Positions 8,555 to 18,227 of a DNA stretch of 62,349 nt are shown piece by piece. The stretch comes from Ruminococcus sp. Lineage in GTDB: Bacteria > Bacillota > Clostridia > Oscillospirales > Ruminococcaceae. Position numbers and translations under genes: made by a program. The stretch covers positions 1 through 62,349 of the forward strand of contig JAFXAJ010000053.1 in NCBI GenBank assembly GCA_017517145.1. Direction: 5' to 3'. Within the stretch, counting starts at the first letter, position 1. Every line of letters begins with the position of its first letter. Below the pieces are notes generated by a model. That model did no database searches, was not told the origin of the DNA, and worked only from the letters and a program-made list of their open reading frames with translations.

Positions 8555-9130
8555 TTATATTTTCAGTGCAATAAGGTCTGATTTTTCATAACGGTTATGA
8601 CCTTGCAGATTTTTCTTGTATTTCCAGCATTTTATGGCTTCTTCAAGGGTTTTACCGTTATTATCCTCAAAGAAATCACGGATATACGTGTTGTATTCAA
8701 ATTGCCTATCTATCGTTGTTTTACTCTTTTTCTTTTCTTCTGAAATCTGGTGATATGCGTTGACAGCATCGCCGTAAGTTTTACCTGCATTGCTTTTCAG
8801 CCATTTCTGGAATAAAACATTAAAAGAGAAGCTTTTGCCGATTTTTTCTATAAAAAAGGCTCTGTGCTTTTCAGAACACACAATATTTTCTTCTATTTTT
8901 GTATTTTCGGTAATTGGTTCAATATTTATGGTTGTTTTTCTTTTAGGTGAAGCCTCCAATACTTTTCCCGTATCAAGAAAATGTGCAATTCTGTCAGTAA
9001 GTTCAATTTTTCCGCCGGAAATAGGCAATTTATTTTCTCTGCAAAATTTTACAAGCTCATCTTTCAGATAATAAAAGCTTCTGAATGTTTTTCCGTCTAA
9101 ATCTTTGTTTAATTCAGGTCTGGTGTTCAT
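8555..9130 (-). CDS. SAP-domain / DUF6434-like protein
   Basis: FRSFYYLKDELVKFCRENKLPISGGKIELTDRI SAP-like motif; FEYNTYIRDFF C-terminal motif. Confidence 0.65.
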   Translation of the reverse strand: MNTRPELNKDLDGKTFRSFYYLKDELVKFCRENKLPISGGKIELTDRIAHFLDTGKVLEASPKRKTTINIEPITENTKIEENIVCSEKHRAFFIEKIGKSFSFNVLFQKWLKSNAGKTYGDAVNAYHQISEEKKKSKTTIDRQFEYNTYIRDFFEDNNGKTLEEAIKCWKYKKNLQGHNRYEKSDLIALKI

Positions 9131-9196
9131 ATTTACTCCTTAAAATAAAATACAAAGCTGCTTCTGATAGAACAAAAGCAGCCTTGAAGAATTCGA

Positions 9197-10396
9197 TTAC
9201 TTAGAAATAAGAGCAAGTGTATCTCTTGCAATGAGAAGCTCCTCGTTTGTGGGAACAACCCATACCTGAACCTTGGAGTCAGCAGCAGAAATCTTAGCAA
9301 GCTTACCTCTGAGACCATCGTTTACAGCAGCGTCAAGCTTGATGCCGAAGAATTCCATATCTTCACATACAGCAGCACGAACATCGTATGCGTTTTCACC
9401 GATACCGCCTGTAAAGAGAACAGCGTCAAGACCGTTCATAGCAGCAGCATAGGAACCGATATACTTCTTGATTTCGTAAATGAGCATATCAGAAACGAGC
9501 TGAGCTCTTTCGTTACCCTGTTCAGCAGCAGCTGTGATGTCTCTGTTGTCAGAGCCAACGCCGGATACACCAAGGAAGCCTGACTTCTTGTTCATGTAGT
9601 CGCTCATTTCAGCAGGTGTGAAGCCGTGCTTGTCAGCTACGAAAGTAACAGCGGAGGGGTCAACAGAGCCTGAACGTGTACCCATAACAACACCGTCAAG
9701 GGGAGTGAATCCCATGGAAGTATCAACAGACTTACCACCGTCAACAGCTGTGATTGAAGAACCGTTACCGAGGTGACATGAAACAATCTTAAGATCCTTG
9801 ATGTCCTTGCCCATAGCCTCAGCAAGAGCAGCGGAAACGAATCTGTGAGATGTACCGTGGAAACCGTACTTTCTTACGTGGAGGCTCTCATAATCCTCGT
9901 AGGGCAAACCGAACATATAAGCCTTGGGGGGCATTGTCTGGTGGAAAGCTGTATCAAATACAACAACCTGAGGAACGTTTGCAGGAATTACCTTCTTGCA
10001 GGCACGGAGAGCAAGTGCATGAGCGTGGTTATGTACGGGAGCAAGCTCACGGAGCTCGTCAATCTTGTCAATGATTTCATCTGTAACAAGAACAGACTTG
10101 TCAAAAATATCAGCACCCTGCACGATACGGTGACCAACAGCGGAAATCTCGTCCATGCTGTCAATAACCTTAGCATCGCTTACTGTGAGAGCTTCAACAA
10201 GCTTCATGAAAGCTTCTGTATGTGTGGGGAATGGGCAGTCCTCATCAAGTGTTCTGCCGTCAGCAGCCTTGTGAGCGATGTGACCGTCAATACCGATACG
10301 GTCGCAGTTACCCTTTGCGATAACACTTTCATCAGCCATATCAATGAGCTGATACTTGAGAGAAGAACTACCTGCGTTTACAACTAAAATAATCAT
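9197..10396 (-). CDS. ackA: Acetate kinase
   Basis: VVNAGSSSLKYQ, GHRIVQG, FDTAFHQT, YGFHGTSH, HLGNGSS, PTNEEL motifs. Confidence 0.97.
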   Translation of the reverse strand: MIILVVNAGSSSLKYQLIDMADESVIAKGNCDRIGIDGHIAHKAADGRTLDEDCPFPTHTEAFMKLVEALTVSDAKVIDSMDEISAVGHRIVQGADIFDKSVLVTDEIIDKIDELRELAPVHNHAHALALRACKKVIPANVPQVVVFDTAFHQTMPPKAYMFGLPYEDYESLHVRKYGFHGTSHRFVSAALAEAMGKDIKDLKIVSCHLGNGSSITAVDGGKSVDTSMGFTPLDGVVMGTRSGSVDPSAVTFVADKHGFTPAEMSDYMNKKSGFLGVSGVGSDNRDITAAAEQGNERAQLVSDMLIYEIKKYIGSYAAAMNGLDAVLFTGGIGENAYDVRAAVCEDMEFFGIKLDAAVNDGLRGKLAKISAADSKVQVWVVPTNEELLIARDTLALISK

Positions 10397-10452
10397 TTGA
10401 AAAATCCTTTCATTAAAGGGAAAATAACCCTTTGTTTATAGTACCATATATT

Positions 10453-10480
10453 ATTATATACTATTTTCAGAAAAAATCAA
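10453..10480 (-). promoter_or_regulatory. Sigma-A promoter of ackA
   Basis: TTGATT-16 bp-TATAAT on the minus strand. Confidence 0.6.
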
Positions 10481-10507
10481 GTCTTTTTTAGAAATTTTCG
10501 GAAAATT

Positions 10508-10525
10508 CTGTGAAAAAATTGTCAA
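10508..10525. promoter_or_regulatory. Possible Rex-type operator upstream of ackA
   Basis: CTGTGAA-AAAA-TTGTCAA, 11/14 match to TTGTGAA-N4-TTCACAA; AT-rich background makes this weak. Confidence 0.25.
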
Positions 10526-10600
10526 ACAGCGGATTTTATGTCTGATTAATGCGCTCTTTTCTTGTATGTGCTGATGTCTATATTATCCCACTATAAAATA

Positions 10601-11542
10601 TTAGGAGTTCAGTGAAGCAACATATTCCTCAATAGTGCCCTTTCCGCCTGTCATAACATGAGCGTAGTATCCGAGAATCAGTGAAGCGTCGGAAGCGTCA
10701 ATTGCACCGTCACGGTTTACATCGGGGGTGAGAGGTTCGGGGATTTCTTTAGCTTCAAAGTGGATTGTAGCGTTTTCGAATTCACTTCTTGAATATTCAT
10801 CAAGTACATTCCATTGATTTGCTGAGCCTGCGTAATATACGTCTTTTAGAGATGTACAATTATAAAATGAATCGTTAGCACTATCCGAACCACATATTGA
10901 TTTTATGCTTAAAGGTATGTACACCTTTGACAAAGAGATGCAATTTGCAAACGAACATAAGCCAATTGAAGAAGCACCATTTTCAATTACAACTTCTTCC
11001 AAAGATAAACACCCATAGCATACGCCGTAAGAAATATCTGATAATCCCTTAGGAAACACAATTTTTTTCATTTCAGCACAGTTGCGAAATGCTTGTTTAC
11101 CTATTGAAGTAAGGCTGTCTGGCAAAATGATTTCTTCAAGGCTGATGCAATCATGAAAAGCATAGCCGTCTATTGTTTTAAGTGTATTAGGTAAATTTAC
11201 TTCAGTTAAAGAAGAACAATTATAAAATGCATATTGACCGATTGTTTCTATACTCTCAGGTACAGTTATTTTTTCTATGTTAGTTGCATTGTAAAATGCT
11301 TTTTCTCCAATAGTAGTTACAGGCAATTTATTGATTTTTTCAGGAATTTCTACTTCTGTAACTGTTCCGTCAAAGCCTGTAATTTCCACGTATGTATCAT
11401 AAGCTGTATATTTCAGATATTCATAAGTTCCCTCTGTAGCCGCGTTAGCAGTAATAACCGTATCAGCCCCTGTAAAAGTTGTTGCTGTACCTGCGCCCAT
11501 AATCATTGCTGCGGCGAGTACGCCAGCCATAATTTTTTTCAT
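10601..11542 (-). CDS. BspA-like leucine-rich repeat surface protein with single-repeat dockerin
   Basis: Signal peptide from MKKIMAGV (ATG 11542, AGGAG RBS); TpLRR repeats (IGQYAFYNCSSLTEVNLP); C-terminal DVNRDGAIDASDASLILGYY. Confidence 0.88.
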   Translation of the reverse strand: MKKIMAGVLAAAMIMGAGTATTFTGADTVITANAATEGTYEYLKYTAYDTYVEITGFDGTVTEVEIPEKINKLPVTTIGEKAFYNATNIEKITVPESIETIGQYAFYNCSSLTEVNLPNTLKTIDGYAFHDCISLEEIILPDSLTSIGKQAFRNCAEMKKIVFPKGLSDISYGVCYGCLSLEEVVIENGASSIGLCSFANCISLSKVYIPLSIKSICGSDSANDSFYNCTSLKDVYYAGSANQWNVLDEYSRSEFENATIHFEAKEIPEPLTPDVNRDGAIDASDASLILGYYAHVMTGGKGTIEEYVASLNS

Positions 11543-11614
11543 AATTTTACTCCTTTTCGTGATTATACCCTTTTTAGTTTTAAACATTTCAACACAAAAG
11601 TGTTGAATACTATT

Positions 11615-11640
11615 ATTATACAAAAAAAAAAAAAATGCAA
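11615..11640 (-). promoter_or_regulatory. Promoter of LRR-dockerin gene with poly-T spacer
   Basis: TTGCA-T14-G-TATAAT on the minus strand; spacer currently 14 bp. Confidence 0.6.
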
Positions 11641-11775
11641 GACTTTTTTATGAAATTCATATAAATTTCTCTATTGTGGCTAATTTGTTAATGGAAAAAG
11701 TTAAAATAAATATCCGTTTTATCTAATTAAGGAGGTAAGAAAAAAAGGGAAGTTTGTGAAATATTCTGAAATCTA

Positions 11776-11804
11776 TTGCTTTTTAATGTGAAAAGAGGTA
11801 TAAT
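11776..11804 (+). promoter_or_regulatory. Sigma-A promoter of tmcAL operon
   Basis: TTGCTT-17 bp-TATAAT. Confidence 0.6.
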
Positions 11805-11840
11805 ATAAAAGAATATAGTTTTGTTGGAAAGGAGAATTTT

Positions 11841-13001
11841 ATGAAAATCAGCGGAATTGTCTGTGAATATAATCCTTTCCATAACGGTCACCGTTACCAT
11901 ATTGAACAGACACGGCAAAACGGTGCAACTCATATTATCGCTGTAATGAGCGGAAATTTCGTTCAGCGTGGTGATCTTGCCGTTCTTGATAAATTCACCC
12001 GTGCAGAGCTTGCGGTAAAATCGGGAGCAGACCTTGTAATCGAACTTCCCGTGCAGTACAGCCTTGCCCCTGCGGAGCTTTTTGCAAGGGGAGCAGTACA
12101 TCTCCTGCACAGCCTTGGAGTTGTGGATGAAATTTCTTTCGGAAGTGAGTGCGGCGATGTTTCGGCGCTTATTTCAGCGGTGAATAATATTGAAGAAATT
12201 GCCGATTCCCCGAAAATACGAGAACTTACAGAAAAAGGTTATACTTACGCAAAGGCGGTTTCTTTGGTTTTAGGGAAGATAAATCCAGAAGCGGCGGAGA
12301 TTATATCTCAGCCCAATAATGTGCTTGGCTTGGAGTATATCAGGGCGATAAAGCATTTTTCATCGGATATATTGCCATTTACCGTGAAAAGAGCAGGTGC
12401 TTCCCACGACAGCGGTAATACCTGCGGTGATTTTGCCAGCGCATCTTATTTAAGGGAGCACATAAGTGAAGCGGAAAAGTTCGTCCCTGATATTGTATCA
12501 GAGGCTTTAAAAGAAAATACAGCGGAAATCCGCCGCCTTGAAAGGGTTATACTCTATAAATTGCGGCAGGCATCTCTTGAAGAAATCAGAAATACAAGCG
12601 ACTGTGCACATGGCTTGGCTGAACGCATTTATTCAGCACGAACAGCACAATCTCTTGACGAATTATTTGAAAGCGTAAAGACAAAAAGGTTTACAATGGC
12701 AAGGATAAGACGTATTATTCTTTCGCTGCTTATAGGAATTACTGCGGAGGATATGAAGAATCTTCCGCCATATATACGAGTAATCTCATTTAATGAAAAG
12801 GGACGGGAAATACTTGCGGCTGCAAAGGGAAAAAGTCTTATTCCATTCGGAACATCTCTTGCAAAGCTGTCCCGAAATGACAGAATATCAGCACGGTTTG
12901 CGGAGATTGAAGCCGCAGCCTCTGATATATACGGACTTGCTTATGAAAATATTGCTCCTGCGGCACAGGAGTATCGTGTAAAGACAAGATTTATGGAGTA
13001 A
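11841..13001 (+). CDS. tmcAL: tRNA(Met) cytidine acetate ligase (HIGH nucleotidyltransferase, YlbM)
   Basis: GIVCEYNPFHNGH, MSGNFVQRG, FGSECG, PNNVLGLEY, KTKRFTMARIRR. Confidence 0.9.
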   Translation: MKISGIVCEYNPFHNGHRYHIEQTRQNGATHIIAVMSGNFVQRGDLAVLDKFTRAELAVKSGADLVIELPVQYSLAPAELFARGAVHLLHSLGVVDEISFGSECGDVSALISAVNNIEEIADSPKIRELTEKGYTYAKAVSLVLGKINPEAAEIISQPNNVLGLEYIRAIKHFSSDILPFTVKRAGASHDSGNTCGDFASASYLREHISEAEKFVPDIVSEALKENTAEIRRLERVILYKLRQASLEEIRNTSDCAHGLAERIYSARTAQSLDELFESVKTKRFTMARIRRIILSLLIGITAEDMKNLPPYIRVISFNEKGREILAAAKGKSLIPFGTSLAKLSRNDRISARFAEIEAAASDIYGLAYENIAPAAQEYRVKTRFME

Positions 13002-13004
13002 TTT

Positions 13005-13919
13005 ATGAAAAAATTTTTTTATACAGCGGCTTCAATACTGTTGGCTATGTCATTGGTTTCCTGCGGCAGAGTTGTGCAGAGAGTTGATGTTCCGGATTTT
13101 GTTCTCCCTGATGCGGATGATCCCTTTAAGCCGATAGAAGTTTCTACGGAAGCTCCCATTGAGCCTCCCACAGAGGGAAATCCTCCTGCTGTCGATGTAA
13201 ACCCTGATATGCCTGAGGGATATGAATTGAGCGAATCCTGCGTTATAAGCGGATTTGAAACGGTATTGCAGAATCCCGAATTGCCTACAGGATGTGAAAT
13301 AACATCACTGACACAGACATTGAATTTTTACGGCTTCGGTATTGATAAAGAAAAGCTGTGCGATACATTTTTGCCTGTTGATTTTGACGGATATTATACC
13401 ATGAATCAGGTGTATCTTGGAGATCCACGCTCTACAAACGGCTTTGGATGCAATGCACCTGTTATTAAAAAGGTAGCTGATGATTATTTTGATTATCTAG
13501 GTTCTGATTGGTATGCGCAGAATCTTACGGGTATATCTCTCAAAGAGGTTTTTTACCAGATAGAACAGGGATACCCTGTAATTGTGTGGACAACCATTGG
13601 TCAGCGTGAAACCCATGCTACTTTCCAGTTTGAACTTGGATGCGGCGAGGATTTCTATTTCAACGGTTATCAGCACTGCCTTACAATATTCGGATTTGAT
13701 TATGATGAAGGCGTTGTACACGTTGCAGACCCTATGGAGGGCAACATGAAATACGAAATGGAACGTTTTGAGCGTATTTACAAAGAAATGGGAAGTCAGG
13801 CTGTTATTCTCTGCGGTAATCCTGAATCGGCAGGAGAGGACTATTCAACGAAAGAAGAAAAAAAGGCATGGCTTAAAGAAAATAAGCCTACTGAGAAGGA
13901 GTTTCTTTTCGGCAGATGA
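13005..13919 (+). CDS. Lipoprotein, C39-like cysteine peptidase
   Basis: Lipobox LVSC; QNPELPTGCEITS catalytic Cys; QHCLT His; ADP Asp. Confidence 0.8.
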   Translation: MKKFFYTAASILLAMSLVSCGRVVQRVDVPDFVLPDADDPFKPIEVSTEAPIEPPTEGNPPAVDVNPDMPEGYELSESCVISGFETVLQNPELPTGCEITSLTQTLNFYGFGIDKEKLCDTFLPVDFDGYYTMNQVYLGDPRSTNGFGCNAPVIKKVADDYFDYLGSDWYAQNLTGISLKEVFYQIEQGYPVIVWTTIGQRETHATFQFELGCGEDFYFNGYQHCLTIFGFDYDEGVVHVADPMEGNMKYEMERFERIYKEMGSQAVILCGNPESAGEDYSTKEEKKAWLKENKPTEKEFLFGR

Positions 13920-14614
13920 TAAATTATAATAATATTAAAGGTATAATATTTGATCTTGACGGTACGCTGATAGATTCAATGCAGATATGGTATGAAATCG
14001 ACAAGCGTTTTTTAATGGAAAACGGTGTGGAAAATCCCACCCGTGATATATCTGAAAAGGTCAAGAAAATGACAGTGGTACAGTCCTCGGATTTTTTTAT
14101 CAGGGAATTCAATCTGAAATGCACCCGTGAATACGTGATACAGCGGATAGAGGAGCTTGTGCGGATTGAGTATGAGGAGAATATCCCTCTTAAACCATAC
14201 GCAATAGAGCTTCTTGATTATTTTGACAGCAGGGGAATCCCCTACGGCATAGCAACGGCAACCTACAGTTCATTGGCTGAGGCTGTTCTTAAAAGACACA
14301 GAATATACGACAAAATGAAATTTCTGTTGACTGATGCGGAATATCCTAAGGGAAAGAAATTCCCTGATATATTCCTTGGTGCGGCTGAAATTCTCGGTAC
14401 AAAGCCAAATGAGACTCTTGTAGTCGAGGATTCGCTTCACAGTATAGTCACCGCAAAGAATGCGGGATTTATTACTGCTGCGGTATATGATAAGGCATCA
14501 GCTCCCGACAGACATGAAATTGAAAAATTATCAAACTACTATTTTTTATCACTGAAAGAGCTGAAAGGAGAGTCGTATGAAAAAGGTAATGCTGGGTATG
14601 AGCGGAGGAGTTGA
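13916..14614 (+). CDS. HAD family phosphatase
   Basis: FDLDGTLIDS, KKFPDIF, VVEDS motifs. Confidence 0.88.
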   Translation: MINYNNIKGIIFDLDGTLIDSMQIWYEIDKRFLMENGVENPTRDISEKVKKMTVVQSSDFFIREFNLKCTREYVIQRIEELVRIEYEENIPLKPYAIELLDYFDSRGIPYGIATATYSSLAEAVLKRHRIYDKMKFLLTDAEYPKGKKFPDIFLGAAEILGTKPNETLVVEDSLHSIVTAKNAGFITAAVYDKASAPDRHEIEKLSNYYFLSLKELKGESYEKGNAGYERRS

Positions 14615-15647
14615 CAGTTCAGCTGCTGCTCTTATTCTTAGAAATCAGGGCTATGATGTAACCGGTGTAACACTGGAAATGTTTTCAGATAAAGATGTTG
14701 ACACCTGCGGCAAAAAAAATAACGGTAATCTGTCAGGTGCAGGAGATGCCGCAAAGGTAGCGAAAAAACTTGGATTCAGCCATGTAACTTTCGATTTCAG
14801 GGAAAGTTTTCGTGAAAATGTAATGGAGTATTTCTGCCGCAGCTATCTCAACGGAAGAACTCCGAATCCGTGCATAGAGTGCAACCGACACCTGAAATTC
14901 GGAAAAATGCTTGAAAAGGCATTGGAAGCAGGCTGTGATTACATAGCCACAGGTCATTATGCTGTGTGTGAATATGACGAGGAGCGTGGCAGATACCTGC
15001 TGAAACGTTCTGCGGACAAGAAAAAAGACCAGACATATATGCTCTATTCTTTGACTCAGGAGCAGCTTGCACATACGCTGTTTCCGCTGGGAAATCTCGA
15101 AAAATCGGAGGTTCGTGAAATTGCCGCTGAATATGGTCTTATAAATGCCGATAAGCCTGACAGTCAGGATATATGCTTCATTCCTGACGGAAAATATACT
15201 CCGTTTATCGAAAAATTCACAGGTGAAAAGTCGGTATCAGGCAATTTTCTTGATATGGACGGTAATATTCTCGGCTTACATAAGGGACATATAAATTACA
15301 CAGCAGGTCAGCGAAAAGGACTTGGAATTTCGCTGGGAAAGCCTGCTTATGTGGTAAAAAAAGACTGGGAGAGAAATACGGTTACGCTTGGAAACGAGGA
15401 GGATTTGTATACGTCTGTTCTCATTGCGGAGGATGTGAATTTCATTTCAGTTGATGACATAACAAGTCCGATGCGTATTACTGCAAAGGCGAGATATTCC
15501 CAGAAAGACTGTCCTGCAACTCTTTCAAAAGCAGATGACGGAAGATATATGGTAATGTTTGATGAGCCGCAGCGTGCTGTTACCTCAGGACAGGCGGTTG
15601 TATTTTACGACGGCGATATTGTTGTGGGTGGCGGAACAATAGTCTGA
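14577..15647 (+). CDS. mnmA: tRNA 2-thiouridine(34) synthase
   Basis: MSGGVDSS, TPNPCIECN, ATGHY, KDQTY, DSQDICF, GQRKGLG. Confidence 0.96.
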   Translation: MKKVMLGMSGGVDSSAAALILRNQGYDVTGVTLEMFSDKDVDTCGKKNNGNLSGAGDAAKVAKKLGFSHVTFDFRESFRENVMEYFCRSYLNGRTPNPCIECNRHLKFGKMLEKALEAGCDYIATGHYAVCEYDEERGRYLLKRSADKKKDQTYMLYSLTQEQLAHTLFPLGNLEKSEVREIAAEYGLINADKPDSQDICFIPDGKYTPFIEKFTGEKSVSGNFLDMDGNILGLHKGHINYTAGQRKGLGISLGKPAYVVKKDWERNTVTLGNEEDLYTSVLIAEDVNFISVDDITSPMRITAKARYSQKDCPATLSKADDGRYMVMFDEPQRAVTSGQAVVFYDGDIVVGGGTIV

Positions 15648-15665
15648 ATCCCTGAAAGGTGAAAT

Positions 15666-16391
15666 ATGGAATATAATTTTGAAAAACTGACAGATAAAAT
15701 ATATGTGTGCGCAAGCAGTGACCACAGATTCGGCACTGACGCTTTTCTGCTTGCGGATTTTTCTGGATACCGCCGTAAGGACAAGGTGTGCGACCTTGGC
15801 ACAGGCTGCGGAATAATTCCCCTTATAATGCAGAAGAAAATGCCCCCTGCAATAATCTATGCGGTGGATATTCAGGAGGGAGCTATAGAACAGCTCCGTA
15901 TGGGCATGGAAAAAAGCGAAACAACGGAAATTGTCCCCGTATGTGCCGATTTAAAGAAGCTGTGGGATGGTGCGCCTCTCGGACAGCTTGACCTTGTGAC
16001 TTGTAATCCGCCGTATAAGGCTGAAAATGCAGGATTCGAGAGCGTTATAACAGCCCAGCGCATTGCACGGCATGAGATAATGTGCACCATTGACGATGTG
16101 TGCGGGGCAGCGGAAAAACTGCTGAAATACGGCGGCAGACTCTGCGTGTGCAATCGTCCTGAAAGGCTGTCAGATGTGATATTTGCCATGAAAAATCACA
16201 ATATAGAGCCAAAAAGGATACGTTTTGTTTCAAAGACTCCGAAGGATGCCCCATGGTTGTTTTTAATCGAGGGCAAAAAGGGTTCAAAGCCGTTTATGCA
16301 GGTTGAACCCCAGCTGTATATCCGCAGCGAAAACGGATTTTCCGAGGAATTGCAGAAAATATATTCCACGGGAAAGGAGGGCACAGAATGA
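15666..16391 (+). CDS. SAM-dependent methyltransferase, tRNA1(Val) m6A37 / YabB family
   Basis: FGTDAFLL, DLGTGCG, NPPY, ARHE motifs; upstream of rsmI as in Bacillus yabB-yabC. Confidence 0.8.
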   Translation: MEYNFEKLTDKIYVCASSDHRFGTDAFLLADFSGYRRKDKVCDLGTGCGIIPLIMQKKMPPAIIYAVDIQEGAIEQLRMGMEKSETTEIVPVCADLKKLWDGAPLGQLDLVTCNPPYKAENAGFESVITAQRIARHEIMCTIDDVCGAAEKLLKYGGRLCVCNRPERLSDVIFAMKNHNIEPKRIRFVSKTPKDAPWLFLIEGKKGSKPFMQVEPQLYIRSENGFSEELQKIYSTGKEGTE

Positions 16392-17212
16392 GTGGTACAC
16401 TTTATATAATAGGTACTCCCATAGGAAATATGGAGGATATAACCCTGCGGCAGATGCGTCTGCTGGAGGAGGTTGATTTTATATGCGCCGAAGATACAAG
16501 AGTTACCCTTAAACTGCTGAATCGCTGCGAGATAAAGAAAGAGCTTGTCAGCTTCCATGAACACAGCAGCAGAAATGACGCACAGCGTATAATTGACAGA
16601 CTTCTCAGCGGACAGAACTGCGGTATAGTAACCGATGCAGGAATGCCATGTATATCCGACCCCGGTGAAGTTCTTGTTGCATTATGTTATGAAAACGGCA
16701 TTGATGTAAAGGTGGTTCCCGGTCCGACGGCAGCAGCGTCAGCGGCGGCTTTATCGGGAATGCACATCAGCCGTTTTACGTTTGAGGGATTTCTCCCTGT
16801 GCCGAAAAAAGAGCGTTCCGAGCGTTTTGAGCTTCTGCGGAATGAAACGGCTGTTATGATATTTTATGAAGCTCCTCACAAGCTGAAGAATACTCTGAAG
16901 GATATGGCGGAATTTTTCGGCAGAGAACGAAGAATAGCTCTTTGCCGTGAACTGACGAAGATACACGAGGAAGTTCTGCGAATGTCTTTGGGCGAGGCGG
17001 AGGAATATTACTCTGTCAATGAGCCAAGGGGAGAATATGTACTTGTACTGGAAGGAAAAACTGCTGATGACGGTGAAAAGCTGACTATAGATGAAGCTAT
17101 GGAGCAGGTGAAACGGCTTATTGAAAACGGCGAAAAGCCTACAGAGGCTTGCAAAGCTGTTGCAAAGGAGACAGGGTTTAAAAAATCAGAGCTTTATTCT
17201 GCACTGCAATAG
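16388..17212 (+). CDS. rsmI: 16S rRNA (cytidine1402-2'-O)-methyltransferase
   Basis: GTPIGNMEDIT, AEDTR, DAGMPCISDPG, YEAPH, RELTKIHEE. Confidence 0.95.
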   Translation: MSGTLYIIGTPIGNMEDITLRQMRLLEEVDFICAEDTRVTLKLLNRCEIKKELVSFHEHSSRNDAQRIIDRLLSGQNCGIVTDAGMPCISDPGEVLVALCYENGIDVKVVPGPTAAASAAALSGMHISRFTFEGFLPVPKKERSERFELLRNETAVMIFYEAPHKLKNTLKDMAEFFGRERRIALCRELTKIHEEVLRMSLGEAEEYYSVNEPRGEYVLVLEGKTADDGEKLTIDEAMEQVKRLIENGEKPTEACKAVAKETGFKKSELYSALQ

Positions 17213-17251
17213 CATAAAATATGAAAATATTGTGAAATAGCACAAAAAAGC

Positions 17252-17280
17252 TTGCAATTTGTCATGAAGTGTGATATAAT
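17252..17280 (+). promoter_or_regulatory. Sigma-A promoter of PHP gene
   Basis: TTGCAA-17 bp-TATAAT with TGn extension. Confidence 0.7.
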
Positions 17281-17384
17281 TATATCCATAAAATTTTCGG
17301 AAGTAAAAATATTGAATAAATACAGGGTTTATCTGTAATTTTACGAATAAGCATCTTTACGAAAATATACTGAGGAGGTATATT

Positions 17385-18221
17385 ATGATCTGCGATCTTC
17401 ATTGTCACACAAAGCTTTCAGACGGTTCTCTTGGAATAGAGGACGTTATTTCACAGGCGAAGCGTACAGGTATTGACTGGCTGTCCATAACCGATCACGA
17501 CACCATGTCGTCGTTTTCCCGTGCCGATGTTCTGGCACAGCGTGAGGGAATAAAGATACTCCATGGCGTTGAGCTTTCAGCATGGGATAAGGAGAGAGGA
17601 AGAAAAGTCCATATTCTCTGCTATAATCCCCAGAAGCCTGACCGCCTTGAGGGGCTGTGTCTTAAATCCTGCGAGATACGCAAGGCGACTTCTAAGGAAA
17701 TGATTGAGAAGGTACTGAAGAAATTTCCCATTACTATAGAAAGTATTCTCAAGCATACCACATCATCAAAAAGTATTTTCAAGCAGCATATCATGAGAGC
17801 GCTGATAGATTATGGCTATGCTCTTGAATTTTACGGAGACCTTGACAGAGAACTGTTCAATCCGAAAACAGGCAGCTGCTATGTTGAAAGGGCATATCCC
17901 GATGTGAATTTTGTAATTGACCTTATACATATTTCAGGTGGAGCAGCTGTTATGGCGCATCCTGCACAGTATGACAGCATTGAACTGCTGGAGGAACTTG
18001 CAGAAAAGGGCAAGATTGACGGTGTTGAGATTAATCATTATTCCGCAGATGAGGCATACCGCAGCGAACTGCGTAAAACAGCCGAAAAGTACGATTTGAT
18101 ATGTACAGGCGGTTCAGATTTCCACGGACTTTACAATTCAGTTCCCACACATCTCGGAAGTGAAACAACTGATTATGAAAATCTTGAAAGGATTTTGAAA
18201 CTGACATCAAAGAAAAAATAG
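17385..18221 (+). CDS. PHP domain metal-dependent phosphoesterase (TrpH/YciV-like)
   Basis: DLHCHTKLSDG, ITDHD, GVELS, AHP, GGSDFHG. Confidence 0.88.
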   Translation: MICDLHCHTKLSDGSLGIEDVISQAKRTGIDWLSITDHDTMSSFSRADVLAQREGIKILHGVELSAWDKERGRKVHILCYNPQKPDRLEGLCLKSCEIRKATSKEMIEKVLKKFPITIESILKHTTSSKSIFKQHIMRALIDYGYALEFYGDLDRELFNPKTGSCYVERAYPDVNFVIDLIHISGGAAVMAHPAQYDSIELLEELAEKGKIDGVEINHYSADEAYRSELRKTAEKYDLICTGGSDFHGLYNSVPTHLGSETTDYENLERILKLTSKKK

Positions 18222-18227
18222 GAAGAT

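Noticed and set aside
11543-11623. N-terminal extensions given by the ORF track (also alaS 44379, TsaD-like 30820)
   Set aside because: Downstream ATGs have clear RBSs and family-typical N-termini; the extensions overlap promoters or upstream genes.
11728-11736. Perfect Shine-Dalgarno TAAGGAGGT in the intergenic region
   Set aside because: No start codon at usable spacing; may be a remnant or chance, nothing further supports it.
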